From: Takakia lepidozioides
Taxonomy: Eukaryota; Plantae; Bryophyta
DNA: 64,000 bases
Assembly (NCBI GenBank): GCA_030704615.1
Contig: CM060731.1
Span: 93,744,001 to 93,808,000, forward strand
Direction of reading: 5' to 3'
Positions 34,617 to 47,416 of the stretch are shown in pieces. Positions within the stretch are counted from its first letter, which is position 1; each line of letters opens with the position of its first letter. Under the pieces are notes generated by a model. That model was not told where the DNA came from and did no database searches. It worked only from the letters and a program-made list of their open reading frames with translations. The position numbers and the translations under genes were made by a program.

Positions 34617-37600
34617 ATGCTCGAACCTGAGAGGGAGGGAGTGCGTGCACCAGAGAAGAGACATCGTCGCAATCTCCGAAAATTGTACTTCGGACGTAGG
34701 CCAATGCCGAAGGGGAGGAAGCATATGCGTGTACAGGAGGAGATTGCCATCTCGCAGCAGTAGGCCACGCAGGCAACCCAGCCACCAGTGAGAGCTCCGT
34801 GCTATCGGGATTCGCGCAGCTGATCGAGCACCGAAACCCCCCTCATCTTTCTTCTGCAATTCTTAGATTGTATGCATCGCAGGAATCCGAAGAGCCGCAG
34901 GAAGAGTCCATGGAGCTATCTGCAGCATGCACACCCAACCGATCCACGAGCACGGGTCTTCCTGCCGGGCCTAGCCCTGTGCGTTTCAAGGACGCGGCTT
35001 CGAAGGGCAAGTCTTTGCAGTTCAAAGCCCCAGAGAGCGACTCGCGTTCGAAGGTCATAGAGAATCGCCAGCAGGGGTCGGGCCCTTCTCCAGCAAAGAC
35101 GAAGAAGAAGCAGCCCGTCCTTCAACTTGTTTCTGAACCAGACCAGGCCGTTTCCCCCCCACCCAGGCGAATGAAGCAGATTCAATTGCAGCAGACACCT
35201 TCACCTGCAAGAATGAGGAAGCACAAGGCAATCAGGGGGAGGGCGGAGCAGTCTCCCGCAAAACCAATTCCACGAGCTGAAGCCCAGTTCCTGCTTGATT
35301 TCCAGCCTGGTGATGTTGGGGGCGTCTCTGCTGTAGCGAAGGAAATGGGATCGACCGATTTCGTCGATCTGGTACCGGAGGAGGGTGCTACCACTCAACA
35401 TTCGCAGCAAGACCTGACCACCATTGAGGAAGATCTTCAGAATACTGCAGGCCCAGAGGAGGCCTCTGCAATTGCCGAATTGCCCGCAAAGATTCCCCAG
35501 AGTGCAACTCTAGTTGGGGATGCTCCAGCTGTTCAACCCCTACCGCCACCTGCAGAAATGTCTCCGGAGGAATTCCAAAGTGCAGCGGATACAATGTTGG
35601 AGGAGACACACAGTAGCATTGGCAGAGTTCTGGCAGCAGGGTATTCCAGCGGACTTTTCGAATCCCACTCTGTCGCATGGTCTCCCTTCCCATTGTCAGG
35701 CAGGCACTTCCCAGAGATGTGGATAAGCTCAAGTTCACATTTCAAGAAGGGTCGTCTAGGTTTGCCAGCCTTCTACGTTTCCCTTGAGAATGAGGACGGC
35801 GAATCTCGTGGACCCACTGTGGATGAATTGTCAACCTGGGATACCCACTGGCACACTCGCAACGACGAATTCGAGGCAACGCTGAAGGGTGATCCAGACT
35901 TCGGCCATATATCGGGTAAAATGTTCTTTGTGTGGGACGGGAATCACCGACTTCTTGCCTGGTGGGAGTACATCAAGCAGAACCATGCCAAGCACATTGG
36001 CTGGCATTACATGGTGGAGTGTGTCATCCTCAAGGTGAAGGCGGCAGACTCCTCCCTGCTCAAGAATGCCATGGCGGACCTCAACTCGTAAGATACTCAT
36101 ACCCTCCCAAGCACGTTCGAAATGCGGTGCCGCATTTCGGTTTCCAATCTGTTTTGTTTCCGTGCTTCCGTGGACTGAACTGGAGAGTGTGCCTAGCAGG
36201 GTCACTGAAAATGCGTACGTGCATACCCACATGGCACATATGCTGTACAGGGTGAGGAAAACTGGTCTCACTGATCCGCACATGTTTGCGGAAATGCTGG
36301 AGCCCGAGCTCATTCAGAAGGCCGTGGCAAAAACTGACCGGACATGGTATCGTCTCACTATGGATGGAATGGTGGAGGTGATATACAAAGTAAGTCGTCC
36401 TCCCATTTCCCTCTGCTCATCCTTCCCCAATTTTCAGTAATCTTTCCACATGAATCGAATGTAACGCTTCTGCATGTTTTTGTTGGCAGTCAAACATCAA
36501 GCTGGATTTGGCCCATGCCAAATGCTTCTTCATGGAAAGTGAGGGGCTGGTCAAAACGTTGCAGTCATTGACTGAGCACTTGAAGGAAGCCGGGGTCAAG
36601 TCCAGAACGAAATACAAGTAAAAGCTTGTGAAGCTGGTGGCCATTGCAGATCCGGCACTTGGAAAGGACTTCATCCCCGAGATTGCAAAACACTATTCTC
36701 GGGCCATGCAGCCGACCATGCAGTTGGAGAAACTGCATCACCTCTCAACGGCATGTGTTGAGGCAAAAGAGAAGGTGAGGTTTTAATGCATTGAAGTTCC
36801 TTTCTAGCAATAGCCACTCTTCTTCCTGCTCCTGACATTGGATCGGAAATGGCAGACACGGTGGCTGTTGATCTGGAATGCATCGGAGAGTATAAGGACA
36901 ATGTGGTCTTTTCCACTCGAAGTTTCCGACCCTTCAGTGGATGTGTGGCTCAACCGTATGACTTGGTGGTTCTAGGTAATTCAAGGTACTTCCCTAGATT
37001 TGCTTTTCTGAAATGAATTCCCTGAACTGCTACGTGACAATGCATGTGAGAATCGCAGATAATGACAAATGCGAAGGAGCAAGTCATAATGCATACAAAT
37101 TCGTTCAGCTTGTACGTCAAATGGGATGGAACACAGACACTGGAAGACTACGTGACACATTTCAGATGTGCGTACAAGGACAACCTCTTCGCCAGGGAGC
37201 TGCAGACAGCAAGAAGGAGCATAGAGTTTACACATCAGGAGGGAGCAGGAAAAGCTACAATGCAAATTGTTTACAGGTGAAGCCCAGCTGTCCTTCTATG
37301 TGAAGCCTGGTTATGAGGTTTGTCTGGGAAATGCGGCACCGCATTCGCATTTTATGTTTTTGGTTGCACTCTGCGAGTACGTTGCTCTCAACTTTTGCTC
37401 ACGCATGCTGACTGCCCTGTAGGTATATGAAATACGTGCTTCTTTAGACAGGGGCCCTGGCTCAAGAGCCCCCGTTCTTCATGGCTTGGACCGTGGCGGG
37501 CCCAAGTTGTGTCTACACACCCAAGATGCAGAAACAATGGCATGCCGCGCATCTCGTTGGATGTCCGTGGTACCTGGACATGTCTGGCGGAATTATTGAC

Positions 37601-39762
37601 GAGTCTGAGAAAGATCTGCACACGAAAGCAGAAGAGAAGAGAAAGGAAAGACGTGTCCTTGCTGGGCCAGAGTCGGCAAAGGAAGCTGCTGCTCTGGAAC
37701 AATCCAGAAAGGCAGCTGAGATGGCACAGAAGACGGTGGATGCAGCTGTGCAGGCTCAACAGAAGGGGTCGAAGAAGAGGACTCGCCAGCAAGGAGCAGC
37801 AGTTGTGACACCCAAGAAAACGAAGAAGCAGAAACAGATAGTGCAGGAAGAGGGTGACGAAGAGGACTCTGATGGAGACTTTGCAACCAGCCCACCCCCC
37901 GAAATGCAGCCAAAATCCCCTGTGCCCACCGTTGTCACGAGAGGGACGAGAACAAGTTCGGCAAATAAGGCACTCTTCAACCCCTCGGGGGGGCACCCTT
38001 TCGAGCCGGTGGAAATGAAGAGGCCAAAAGTGGATCCCGATACAGTAGTCCAGTGTGTAAATGAGAGTTTCTTGGCGGCTTTGGATGGACGGGCAGCCAA
38101 GTTGGCATACATGAAGACCATGGAGGGTCTGAAGGGCAGAGCACTGAAGAAGGCGGCTGCCAAAGAGCCTTCCGACACCCCTGGGTTTCTGAAGATGGTC
38201 TCGTTCTTTGAGAGGGTGTGTACAGACAAGGATTGCAGGAGGGGCGGAAATGCCACCGAGTGGTCTTGCGATATAATCATCTTGGATATTCCGGACGGAG
38301 AGCCTGTGGAAGGACTGCAAGCTTTGCCATCTTGGAACAGGTACTCCGAGGATTTTTGGAAGAAAGGATTCGGGCTTGCCTGCATGGTGTTGGACGACAG
38401 AGGCTGTGTGGTTGTCCTGGCGAGCAGAGGCAAAAACACGCAGACAGGAATTGCGAAGTGGACCCGCAGGAGCGTCGTCCCAATTCTGAAGAAGAAGTGG
38501 ACGTGCATCAACACATTGGGCCTTCGGAGTGAAGGGAAGAAGGTAATTACGACATTGGCACTCGTCCTTTCATTTTCTTAGGAGTTTTGAAATGCGGTGC
38601 CGCAATCGATTTCTAATCGTTCCCCACTGTGTATGCAGACAAAGCAGTTCGATGCATACTGCTTTGTGAAGGAGAACTCCACCTTTGCTTTCCGGAAGGA
38701 GGGATTGTTGGTTGACCCGAACTGCGACCCCATCGATTACGACGTCCTGTTCAACAACGTTCCCACAGAACTTCTCCCTCATAGCCTCACTTCAACGGAA
38801 CCCCTGCGGTATTCACGGACTTGGAGGCCTGCCTTCGTTCAGACAATTATGGAGACATGCACTAACGTGGAGGGCACAGTGCTCGACCTCGTCTGTGGGA
38901 CAGGTATGCAGAATCTTGTTGTATGCTGTTCTGCAAATTCTCGTTATGCTTTAATTCGCAACATCTGAAGGGCCATGTCATAATGTGTGGATGACATTGT
39001 AACAGGTGCCTCAATGTGGGCTGGGCGGTTTTCCGACCGGCACCTCTTTGCCTACGAGGAGGACACATCCGTCTGGGGATCCCATCTGGAAGGGCTGCAA
39101 CGGAATATGAAGGCTCCCATCGAAGCCAAAGACTCCTCGGATTCGTCGGAGTCGAAGGAAGAGATAGTGGACATTGATGCCGAGGAGAACCCGGAATACG
39201 AGTGAGTGCAAAAATTGTAAGTTTGCAAAGCCTTCTGGGTGATTTTTTGTCAAACGCATTTCCGGACTGTGGTTCTCATTGGTGTCGTTGGTGATTGTTA
39301 TGTGCAGGATTCTAGGATCCGGGTCGAAACATGTAGGGCCTACACTTCCTGCCAGGAAGAATGTCCCGTTCTTTGCGAGGGCCGACTTCATGACGAGCCC
39401 AGTGAAGGACTACTCCCTTCCTAGTTATGCAGCTAAACTCGCAAATACAGCGATTAGACGATGTGAGAATCCCAGTAAAGTAGAGCAGATTTTGGAGAGG
39501 GCTAGGGAGGACAGAAGGATAAGGAAAGAGTTGGCAACAGCTGAGACAGGTAGACGGGTGCGAAAGTTCGGATGAGAGCGATGCAGTCAGGGAGGACGAC
39601 GAACCAACGGAGGTGAGATGGTCGGTTCCGCAAGGGGAATATGGGATTTTCGAAAGCCTGGCCAACGAGCAGTCCGCTGGAGATGAGAAAGGCAATGACG
39701 GGGTGGAGGCGGAGCAGGACAGTCAAGGACAGGACGACGATAGTGATGATTTTCAAGATTAA
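34617..39762 (+). pseudogene. ParB-methyltransferase-like fusion gene, subfamily D (full length, disrupted)
   Basis: N-terminal LRKLYFGRRP (B: LKALYYGRRP), FFVWDGNHRLLAW (about 35930), CDIIILDIPDG (about 38286), VLDDRGCVVV, VLDLVCGT|GASMWAGRFSDRHLFAYE, and last exon RKNVPFFARADFM. Intron positions match B. Several stops and frameshifts. Confidence 0.87.
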
Positions 39763-39894
39763 TAGAATTTTAATGAACTCTCTGTACATTTAAATTCTCT
39801 TCCAGAGTATATAAAGGAAATTATCCCCGTCCTTCATGTCCCCTCTCCCATGTGCTTCTCAACGACAACATCGTCCAAACCACGTCCCTCCCAA

Positions 39895-40790
39895 AATCGG
39901 AAATGCGGCACCGCATTTCCAAAACCGGGGCAAGAACAATTCTCCGTTTCATGGTTTGGACATCAGAAACTGTTCGGCCGAACGGAAATGTGGTGCCGCA
40001 TTTCCGTTCTCGACACGGCAGTTTTGCCGATTGCCAGCTCCTTCCATGGAGGTAAATGGATATGCCACCCCGCATGCGGAGGTCGAACATGGAAATGCAG
40101 TGCCGCATTTACATTTTGGAGATGGACGTTTTTCCAACAGCAGACCCATCGACGGAAATGCGGCTCCCCATTCCATGATGCTAGATGGGAATGCGGCACC
40201 GCATTCCATTGTCCAATAAGAAATTTCTATGACGTACATGGAAATGCGGCGCCGCATTTCCAAAATGGACATCGTTGTTTGTCCAATTCCAGACCCTTTG
40301 ACGGAAATGCGGCACTGCATTCCATCGTGCTGGACGGAAATGCGGCACCGCATTACATTGTCCAATAAGAACTTTCGATTGCCAAACATGGAAATGCGGC
40401 GCCGCATTTCCAAAACAGACATCGTTGTTTGTCCAATTCCAGACCCGTGTGGGCATTCCGTCTTGTTGGACGGAAATGCGGCACCGCATTCCATTGTGCT
40501 CTCCGGAAATGCGGTGCTGCATTCCATTGTCCGGTACAAAATTTCGATGACGGACATGGAAATGCGGTGCCGCATTTCCAGTATGGACATGGACAAGCAT
40601 TAGCGATTGGACATGCTTGGACAATTCAAGGTCCAGTATGGTGCCGCATTTCCAATTCGAAGTATGGTAATGCCATGTCAAGAAATGAAATGCGGTACAA
40701 CATTTCCGTTACGACCACAACAAGGGAAAGGGAGCTGCCAGAAATCGCTGCATGGAGAAAAATGAAATGCGGTGCCGAATTTCCGAGCTT
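39895..40790. repeat. Second D-type palindrome array downstream of the gene
   Basis: Reference position at 39906, 39991, 40098, 40161, 40194, 40247, 40310, 40343, 40397, 40479, 40512 and 40565. Confidence 0.93.
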
Positions 40791-41060
40791 CGGCATGTAC
40801 ATGTTTCCTTTTACTCATACATGGATTTCCTTCACCTCAGGACTCTGCTATCGCTGACTCTGGTATATTCATATGGACAGACACATTGTAGAAATGAGAC
40901 CACAAATTGTAAACAGTGGGCCAATTACGGCAGTTCTTGAACACAATGAAACACAAGCACACAGAAGTGAGGTACGATGGGTTGTTTTATTGATCGAACA
41001 CGGTGTCTCACATTTAGCAACTCCAGACAAATCTAAGCCCTTCCTCCTTCTACATGGGCG

Positions 41061-41627
41061 TCACCAAGTCGACGGAACTTCGATAGCCCTCAAAACAAGC
41101 TCATTACTGATGCGGCACCTCGAGGTAAACTGCAATGCGGTCGATCTGGTGCCCTTGGTGGAGCTGACGACAATGTCATGCCCATCAATCATACCACCAT
41201 CATACATTGACAAGGTCACTATGGGCCTCATGTGCCCGTGCGATTTGTCTTCGCAACTCAGCCGAATGTCTCCATACACTGGAAGAGCAGAGTGAACTCC
41301 ATGAATATAGTTTTCCCCGGTGCCGTCCTCCCTGGTCCACTGGCGCCAAAGGGAGGCCGTGCGTGATCTGTCCGGCATCCCAACCCACCTTGGTATATCG
41401 AGGTCAACAATTTTCAGGACCCACGGACCGCATTGACCCTCGCCCTCACCTCGCTCAAAGCGGTAATAGCCCTCCAAATACTCCATTGCACGCAAAGACT
41501 CCTGCTTGATTCCAGAAGCGTCTGTGAAAATAGAGAGCCAGACAATGATGTCTCCTGATTTTGGTTTGAACATAGCATAATCGTGGCCATGATAAGGGCA
41601 GTCTGCAGGATTTTGACGGCACGGCAT
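41061..41627 (-). CDS. Unknown 188-aa protein with N-terminal Cys/His motif
   Basis: ATG-initiated open ORF MPCRQNPADCPYHGHDYAMFKPKSGDIIVWL. A diverged paralog at 58290 supports coding status. Confidence 0.6.
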   Translation of the reverse strand: MPCRQNPADCPYHGHDYAMFKPKSGDIIVWLSIFTDASGIKQESLRAMEYLEGYYRFERGEGEGQCGPWVLKIVDLDIPRWVGMPDRSRTASLWRQWTREDGTGENYIHGVHSALPVYGDIRLSCEDKSHGHMRPIVTLSMYDGGMIDGHDIVVSSTKGTRSTALQFTSRCRISNELVLRAIEVPSTW

Positions 41628-42039
41628 CCTTGAAAAAAGAGTAGCGGAGTACGCTCAATGACAGCAGCTCCCGGAAGGAGGAGGCAGCAGCGCGGTGGCT
41701 GGAAGAAGTTCAAGCAAACGCTGCAATTCCTCACAAACACTCCAGGGCACATTTAAATTTCCCCCCTACAGGAACCTGCATGGATGAAGATTGGCTACTC
41801 CATGAATGTAGCCGTTTCAATTTCCTTCCCTGCCATGCAAACTATGGGCAGTAAGTGCCAGGTGGGCCTATAGCCACTCGAGACGACGAAGTCCATCCCC
41901 CCTTCGATGTAAATGCGGCGCCGAATTTCCATCCGGGGGATGGACTTCGGTGGCAGATTTCAAACTATACCCCGTGGATGAGAAAGAGGTATCGGTTCAT
42001 CTACCGCTGGCGTGATGAATACGTTACACGATGATTGGT

Positions 42040-43070
42040 GGGTACGTATGCGGCTGACATTGTCATTCTCGACATCCCGGATGGCCAGGCTGTGCCAGAA
42101 GTTCTTCCAAAGGGCAAGACGTCAGGCTGGAACAAATTCGAGGACAACTACTGGAGTTGGGTGTTTGGGTTCTATAATAATTTCTTCTCTGATGCAGGGA
42201 CACTTCTGCTTTTTTAGTCATGTGACAAAGATAGTCGTCGGGCATTGGCATCATACTTAAAGTCTTCAGGGTTTGAAGTTTTGCGCACGATGACATTTTG
42301 TACAACTTCATGCAGTCCAGTCAGACCCTGAAGAGACCAGATGGCACTCCCTGGAGAGGTGCAAAGGAAAAATCCCTAGCGTTCATGCAAATACTGCTGG
42401 AGTCATGCAGCCACCACTCTGCACGGGTGGTCGATCTTTTTGTGTCCACAGGTTCGTTCTCTCCCTTCCGAATTGATTTTCTTTCACCAATTCCATCTGC
42501 TTAAATCCCCCCCACCAAACTGTTCATGTCCTCCTGTCTGGTGCAGGAGCAACTTACCATGCATGCAAGGCAAGCGGAAGAAGCCTTTTTGGCATGGAGG
42601 GTGATTCTGACCTCTACAACACAGTGCTCCTCCCCCTTTTGTCTGGCTCCACTTCAGGCACACAGACTGATCGGATTCAAATTCGAAATGATGACGATCC
42701 CAAAGATAAGCAGGTCGACAACGACTTTTCATGTGAGTAAGTGTTAAACCCACTTTGGGAGCCATACTCAATTTCTCAATAACATCAAAGTTACAGTAAT
42801 AACTTTTTCAGGCTGTCTTTCAGGAAAGGCAGCGGTGGATCTTTAGGAGATACAGTCATTTGTGGCGAGTCTGTTTTTGACAGCCCCCTTCCCAATTTTC
42901 TGCTTCCTGATTATGCCGAAGCAATAGCACTTCACGCGGCCGAATCCCTATCCCCTGACTTTTTACTGCCCGGCCGTAGGTGTAGCCAGCGTAGATCCAG
43001 AGTTCTTAAATACTTAGACTTAGATGCAGAGGAAGCGGGGATACATTGTACTGACTCTGAGTCAGACTGA
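42040..43070 (+). pseudogene. Methyltransferase-domain and last-exon fragment, subfamily E
   Basis: AADIVILDIPDG, FFSDAGTLLL, WRGAKEKSLAFMQILLESCSHHSARVVDLFVST|GATYHACKASGRSLFGMEGD, and terminal exon VLKYLDLDAEEAG. Confidence 0.8.
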
Positions 43071-43596
43071 ACTATGTTCTTTCAATATTCTATTTCATCC
43101 TCTTTGGAAAACGTTGAATCCCCTTCCTCCACCGTAGTTGTTCCTTTGGAAAGAAAAATAATCAAAGAATCAACTACCATTTAAATTGCAATATGTATGA
43201 ATCCATCTCACAAACCTCCCTCACTCTTGTCATATCCATTGTGCTTTCATCTACATTGTATTCATGCGTGCTCCATTCATGAATGTTTTCCTTTGTTCAA
43301 CATCCATTGTACATTCATCCTCTGTACTCTTTAATCCACCCCACAAACCTACCACACTCATGTCATATACATTGTGCATTCGTCTAAAGTTTTAGTCATG
43401 CATCTTCCTGTCATGAATGTTTTCCATTGTTCAACATCCATTATACATTCATCCATTTGACTCTTATCCATCCCTCATTCATCCATCTACATTCATTTTT
43501 CACACTCATCCATCTGTTTATCATCCAACTGTACATTCATCCATCCTTTATTCATCTGTTGCTTTCAGGTGGGAATGACCACTTCCTTTTATTATT

Positions 43597-44929
43597 CGGC
43601 TGCTCACCGGGACATAACGGTCCCCCTTTACTCCCCCACTTGACCCCCTCTCAATTTGGGCCAAGTGGAAATTCCCCTTGGTCGATGGCAGTCCGGAACA
43701 GCTCCCCACACCTTGGTCGCTTTCCGGCTCGCACGCTTACTCACTAGTTTTTGGTCACCAACGGGCTTGCACCATTCTTGGGTTACTACTCCCTATATAT
43801 ACTTCTGTGACTCTCCGCGGGGGTTTCACAAACAACCATGCCATTTTATGGCGAACCACCACGAAAACCCTCGATTCCCGGTGATGAGTCGCAGTGAGTC
43901 TTGGCACACTCACCACGGCCCCATTGAACCGTGATGAGTCCCAAGACTCCCCACAACTCCCACCACAAGGTCTCCGCCCCCATGGTGAGTCCTATGCCAC
44001 CCCCACTAAGTCCCACTAAGCTACCACCACCCCTCGTGGAACCACCCCCACCGCAACTCGGTGTGCGGGGTTCCACCTAGTGAGCGCCTCCGCCTCCTTG
44101 AGTGCCTTTGGGCACTCAAGGGTGCTTCAGCCCCCGTATCTATTGTTGCCACTGCCCCCACCACAGGGGCAGCCCCTCTTGTGTCCCGACCCCCTGTCCC
44201 GACCCCCTGCCCTCAAGGCGAAGGGCCGCGACACCTTTAAGTCATAGTTACTCGTTTTGATGCGCGCGCCTAACTCCAAACTGGCCGCCGGGCCAACTTG
44301 GAGCTTCGGCTGCTCACCGGGACATAACGGTCCCCCTTTGCTCCTCCACAAGACCCTCTCTCAATTTGGGCCTAGTGCAAATTCCCTTTGGTTGTTGGCA
44401 GTCCGGAACAGCTCCCCACACCTTGATCGCTTTCCGGCTCGCACGCTCACTCACTAGTTTTTGGTCACCAATGGGCTTGCACCGTTCTCGGGGTTACTAC
44501 TCCCTATATATACTTCTGTGGCTGTCCGCGGGGGTTTCACAAACAACACCATCATTTTATGGCGAACCACCACGAAGACCCTCCATTCCCGGTGGTGAGT
44601 CGCGGTGAGTCTTGGCCCACCCACCACGGCCCCATTGGACCGTGATGAGTCCCAAGACTCCCCATGACTCCCACCACAAGGTCTCCGCCCCATGGTGAGT
44701 CCTATGCCACCCCCACTAAGTCCCACTAAGCTACCACCACCCCTCGTGGAACCACCCCCACCGCAACTCGGTGTGCGGGGTTCCACCTAGTGAGCGCCTC
44801 CGCCTCATTGAGTGCCTTGGGCACTCAAGGGTGCTTCAGCCCCTGTATCTATTGTTGCCACTGCCCCCACCACAGGGGCAGCCTCTCTTGTGTCCCGACC
44901 CCCTGCCCTCAAGGCAAAGGGCCGCGACA
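43597..44929 (-). mobile_element. Two head-to-tail, 3'-truncated LTRs of the chromovirus family
   Basis: LTR starts (TGTCGCGGCC on the minus strand) at 44929 and 44233. Both align to 7526-7857 + 22254-22648. Confidence 0.92.
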
Positions 44930-44984
44930 ATGGCAGTCACTAGTTCACCACAATCGCCCCCCTAGCTGGTGCTTAGGTCCCTCT

Positions 44985-47401
44985 AAGTCCAGGTACCTGC
45001 CTGAGCAAGCTCAGCCGCTTTCCTAGACTTGGCAAGCGCTTTTGCCTCCTTTGGACCCAGCGGAGGCAGCGGAGCTCGGTTTTGGCGGGCCTCAGCGTCC
45101 AGCTTCAATTGAAACTCCGACCCGTCGAGCGAGCCGGGCGGAAGGTCCACATACCAAGGGCAGTTGCGCAAATGCTCCAGATGCCACTCCTTCACCATAA
45201 CGTCAATGTACATGGAGTCAGCGCCAGGGTTACGCCATGCAAAGAAAAAGAGAGTGACTCCGACGCCGATTTTGTTCAAGGTCCTGCGACTGCTGTTGCT
45301 CCTACCCAGTCACCGGTCGTCCGGGTTCCCAAGTCAGTTCGGAGTGGGACTGGCTCTGCCAAGAAGTTGGCATTTGAGGGCGAGCCTACACGGCGGTATT
45401 CGGCGGTGACGTTTACGCACAGGCCAAAGCTAGAACCTCCAACCATCATCCAATGCGTCAATGAGAGCTTCCTTGACGCTCTCGCTGCCAGGGCGAAGAA
45501 GGTGGCACACAACAAGTCTCTGGCGGAGCAGAAGGGGAAAGCCAAGAAGAGGGCTGCCGGTACAGAGCCTAAAGACACCCCTGGTTTTGAAGCCATGATG
45601 GAATTCTTCACGGCTGTGAGCACGAATTGCAAGAGCACTCGGGGGGGGGTTGAGGTGGAGAGAGCTTGCGACATGATTCTCCTCGACATTCCAGATGGGG
45701 AGCTGCTGGAGGGCCTGGATGGTGTGCCCACCTGGAACAGGTTTACTGAGGACTACTGGAAAGCCGGGTTTGGGCTGGCGGGGATGCTTCTGGATGACGG
45801 TGGATGTGTGGTTGTCCTTGCCACGAGAGGGAAGACCACAGAGAATGCGGTGGCAAGGTGGACACCGAAAAGTGTCACCCCGGTCCTCCTCAGAAAATGG
45901 TTCTGCATCAGTACGCAGGGGTTGCGAACAGAGGGCCAAAGTGTAAGTTATCAATCTATTGCATTCACTTCATATTGTGGTGTATGTTAAGTAGACCCTG
46001 GAATTGATCCCTTCTTTGTTGGATGTGCAGACATTGGTGTTTGAGGCATATTGCTTTGTGAAGAGAGGGTCTACGTTCAAATTCCGCAACGACGGTCGTC
46101 TTGTTGATGCCGCTGTGGACCCTGTAACCTACGATGTCCTCTACAACTATGTGCCCCACTCTAGTATGCCGAAGGACACAAAGACAGGCAAACCGTGGCG
46201 GTACAGCCGGACCCGGAGCCCTGCTTTCATCCAAACCCTCATGGAGACGTGCTCGGATGTCCAAGGGCGGATTCTGGACCTCACATGCGGCACGGGTAAG
46301 CCTTCACGTGCTCAGTTTGTCCCCTGGCCCCATTGCAATTGCATGCCGCAAGCTATTAACCGCCCGCTTTGTTCCTCAGGTGCTTCAATGTGGGCAGGGA
46401 CGTTGTCCGACAGGCATGTGTTCGCCTTCGAGCCAGATACTGCCCTCCACAACTCGGAACTTGCAGCGGCTGAACGTCTGCCAAAAGAGGAAGAGGCATC
46501 CTCGGAGGATGAGGAAAAATCCGAGAAGGAGCAGGGGGAGGAAGTTGGGATCGAGGCCGAGGAGCCCCCGGTTTACGAGTGAGTGGTGGCATTGTAAGTT
46601 GCCTCCAGATTTTGTGAGGCACCTCCCTCCGCTCTCTTATTTCATTGAAAACCCTTTCTGGTTGTGCTGGTATTGACATTCTTCAAGTGGATTAGTTCTT
46701 ACTGTAGGATGCCAAGTACTGCCGGAGGGACGTCTACACCGGAGTTCATGGGCAGGAGGAACGTGCCTTTTTTGCCAGGGGGGATTTCATGCCTAGTCCA
46801 GAAAGGGAGTACATCCTTCCTACTTATGCTGCCCGGCTTGCTTCGGTGTCCATTAGGAGGTGTTCCGAACGTAGTCGTGTACAGCAGATTTTAGACGAGG
46901 CAAGCCTCAAGAAAATGAAGATGAGGGAGGAGGCAGCAGCTATTAGAGCCCGTCGAGCTCGTAGATTTGTGTTGGATTCTGCTGAGGAAAGTGGGGGAGA
47001 AGACGCAGAAGATTCCCAGGAGGTGAGGTGGACAGTCCCCCAAGGAGAGGACGGGATTTTTGAGAGGCATAGTGGAACTGATGCATCACAGAGCTCGGAG
47101 GATGAGGGGGATGAGGGGGATGAGGAAGAAGGTGGGGCAAGTTCCTCGGAGGGTGTAGGAGAGTAGTGCCCATTCCGGCTATGACAGTTAGAACACACTT
47201 GTATAGACGTGGCTTGCCACAAAATTTGCAATAAAATGTTGCATTTCAAGTCCACTGGTGCCACATTCCAACTTCACATGACCCTATTTCCGTGCCTCCT
47301 AACCCTATTTCCGTGGACTCACAATGGTCTGCTCATGCTTTTTTTTTTTCCGCTCATGCTCATGCCGCTCATGCTCATGCCGCTCATGAAATAGCAGCCC
47401 C
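44985..47401 (+). mobile_element. Truncated near-identical copy of the right end of MULE B (45250-47401), preceded by an inverted, diverged exon fragment (44985-45245)
   Basis: 45250-47401 matches 20092-22244 and ends in the TIR GAAATAGCAGCCCC. It lacks the frameshift at about 20490 and the stop at 21884 found in copy B. Confidence 0.93.
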
Positions 47402-47416
47402 CGTAATGAAGAGACT

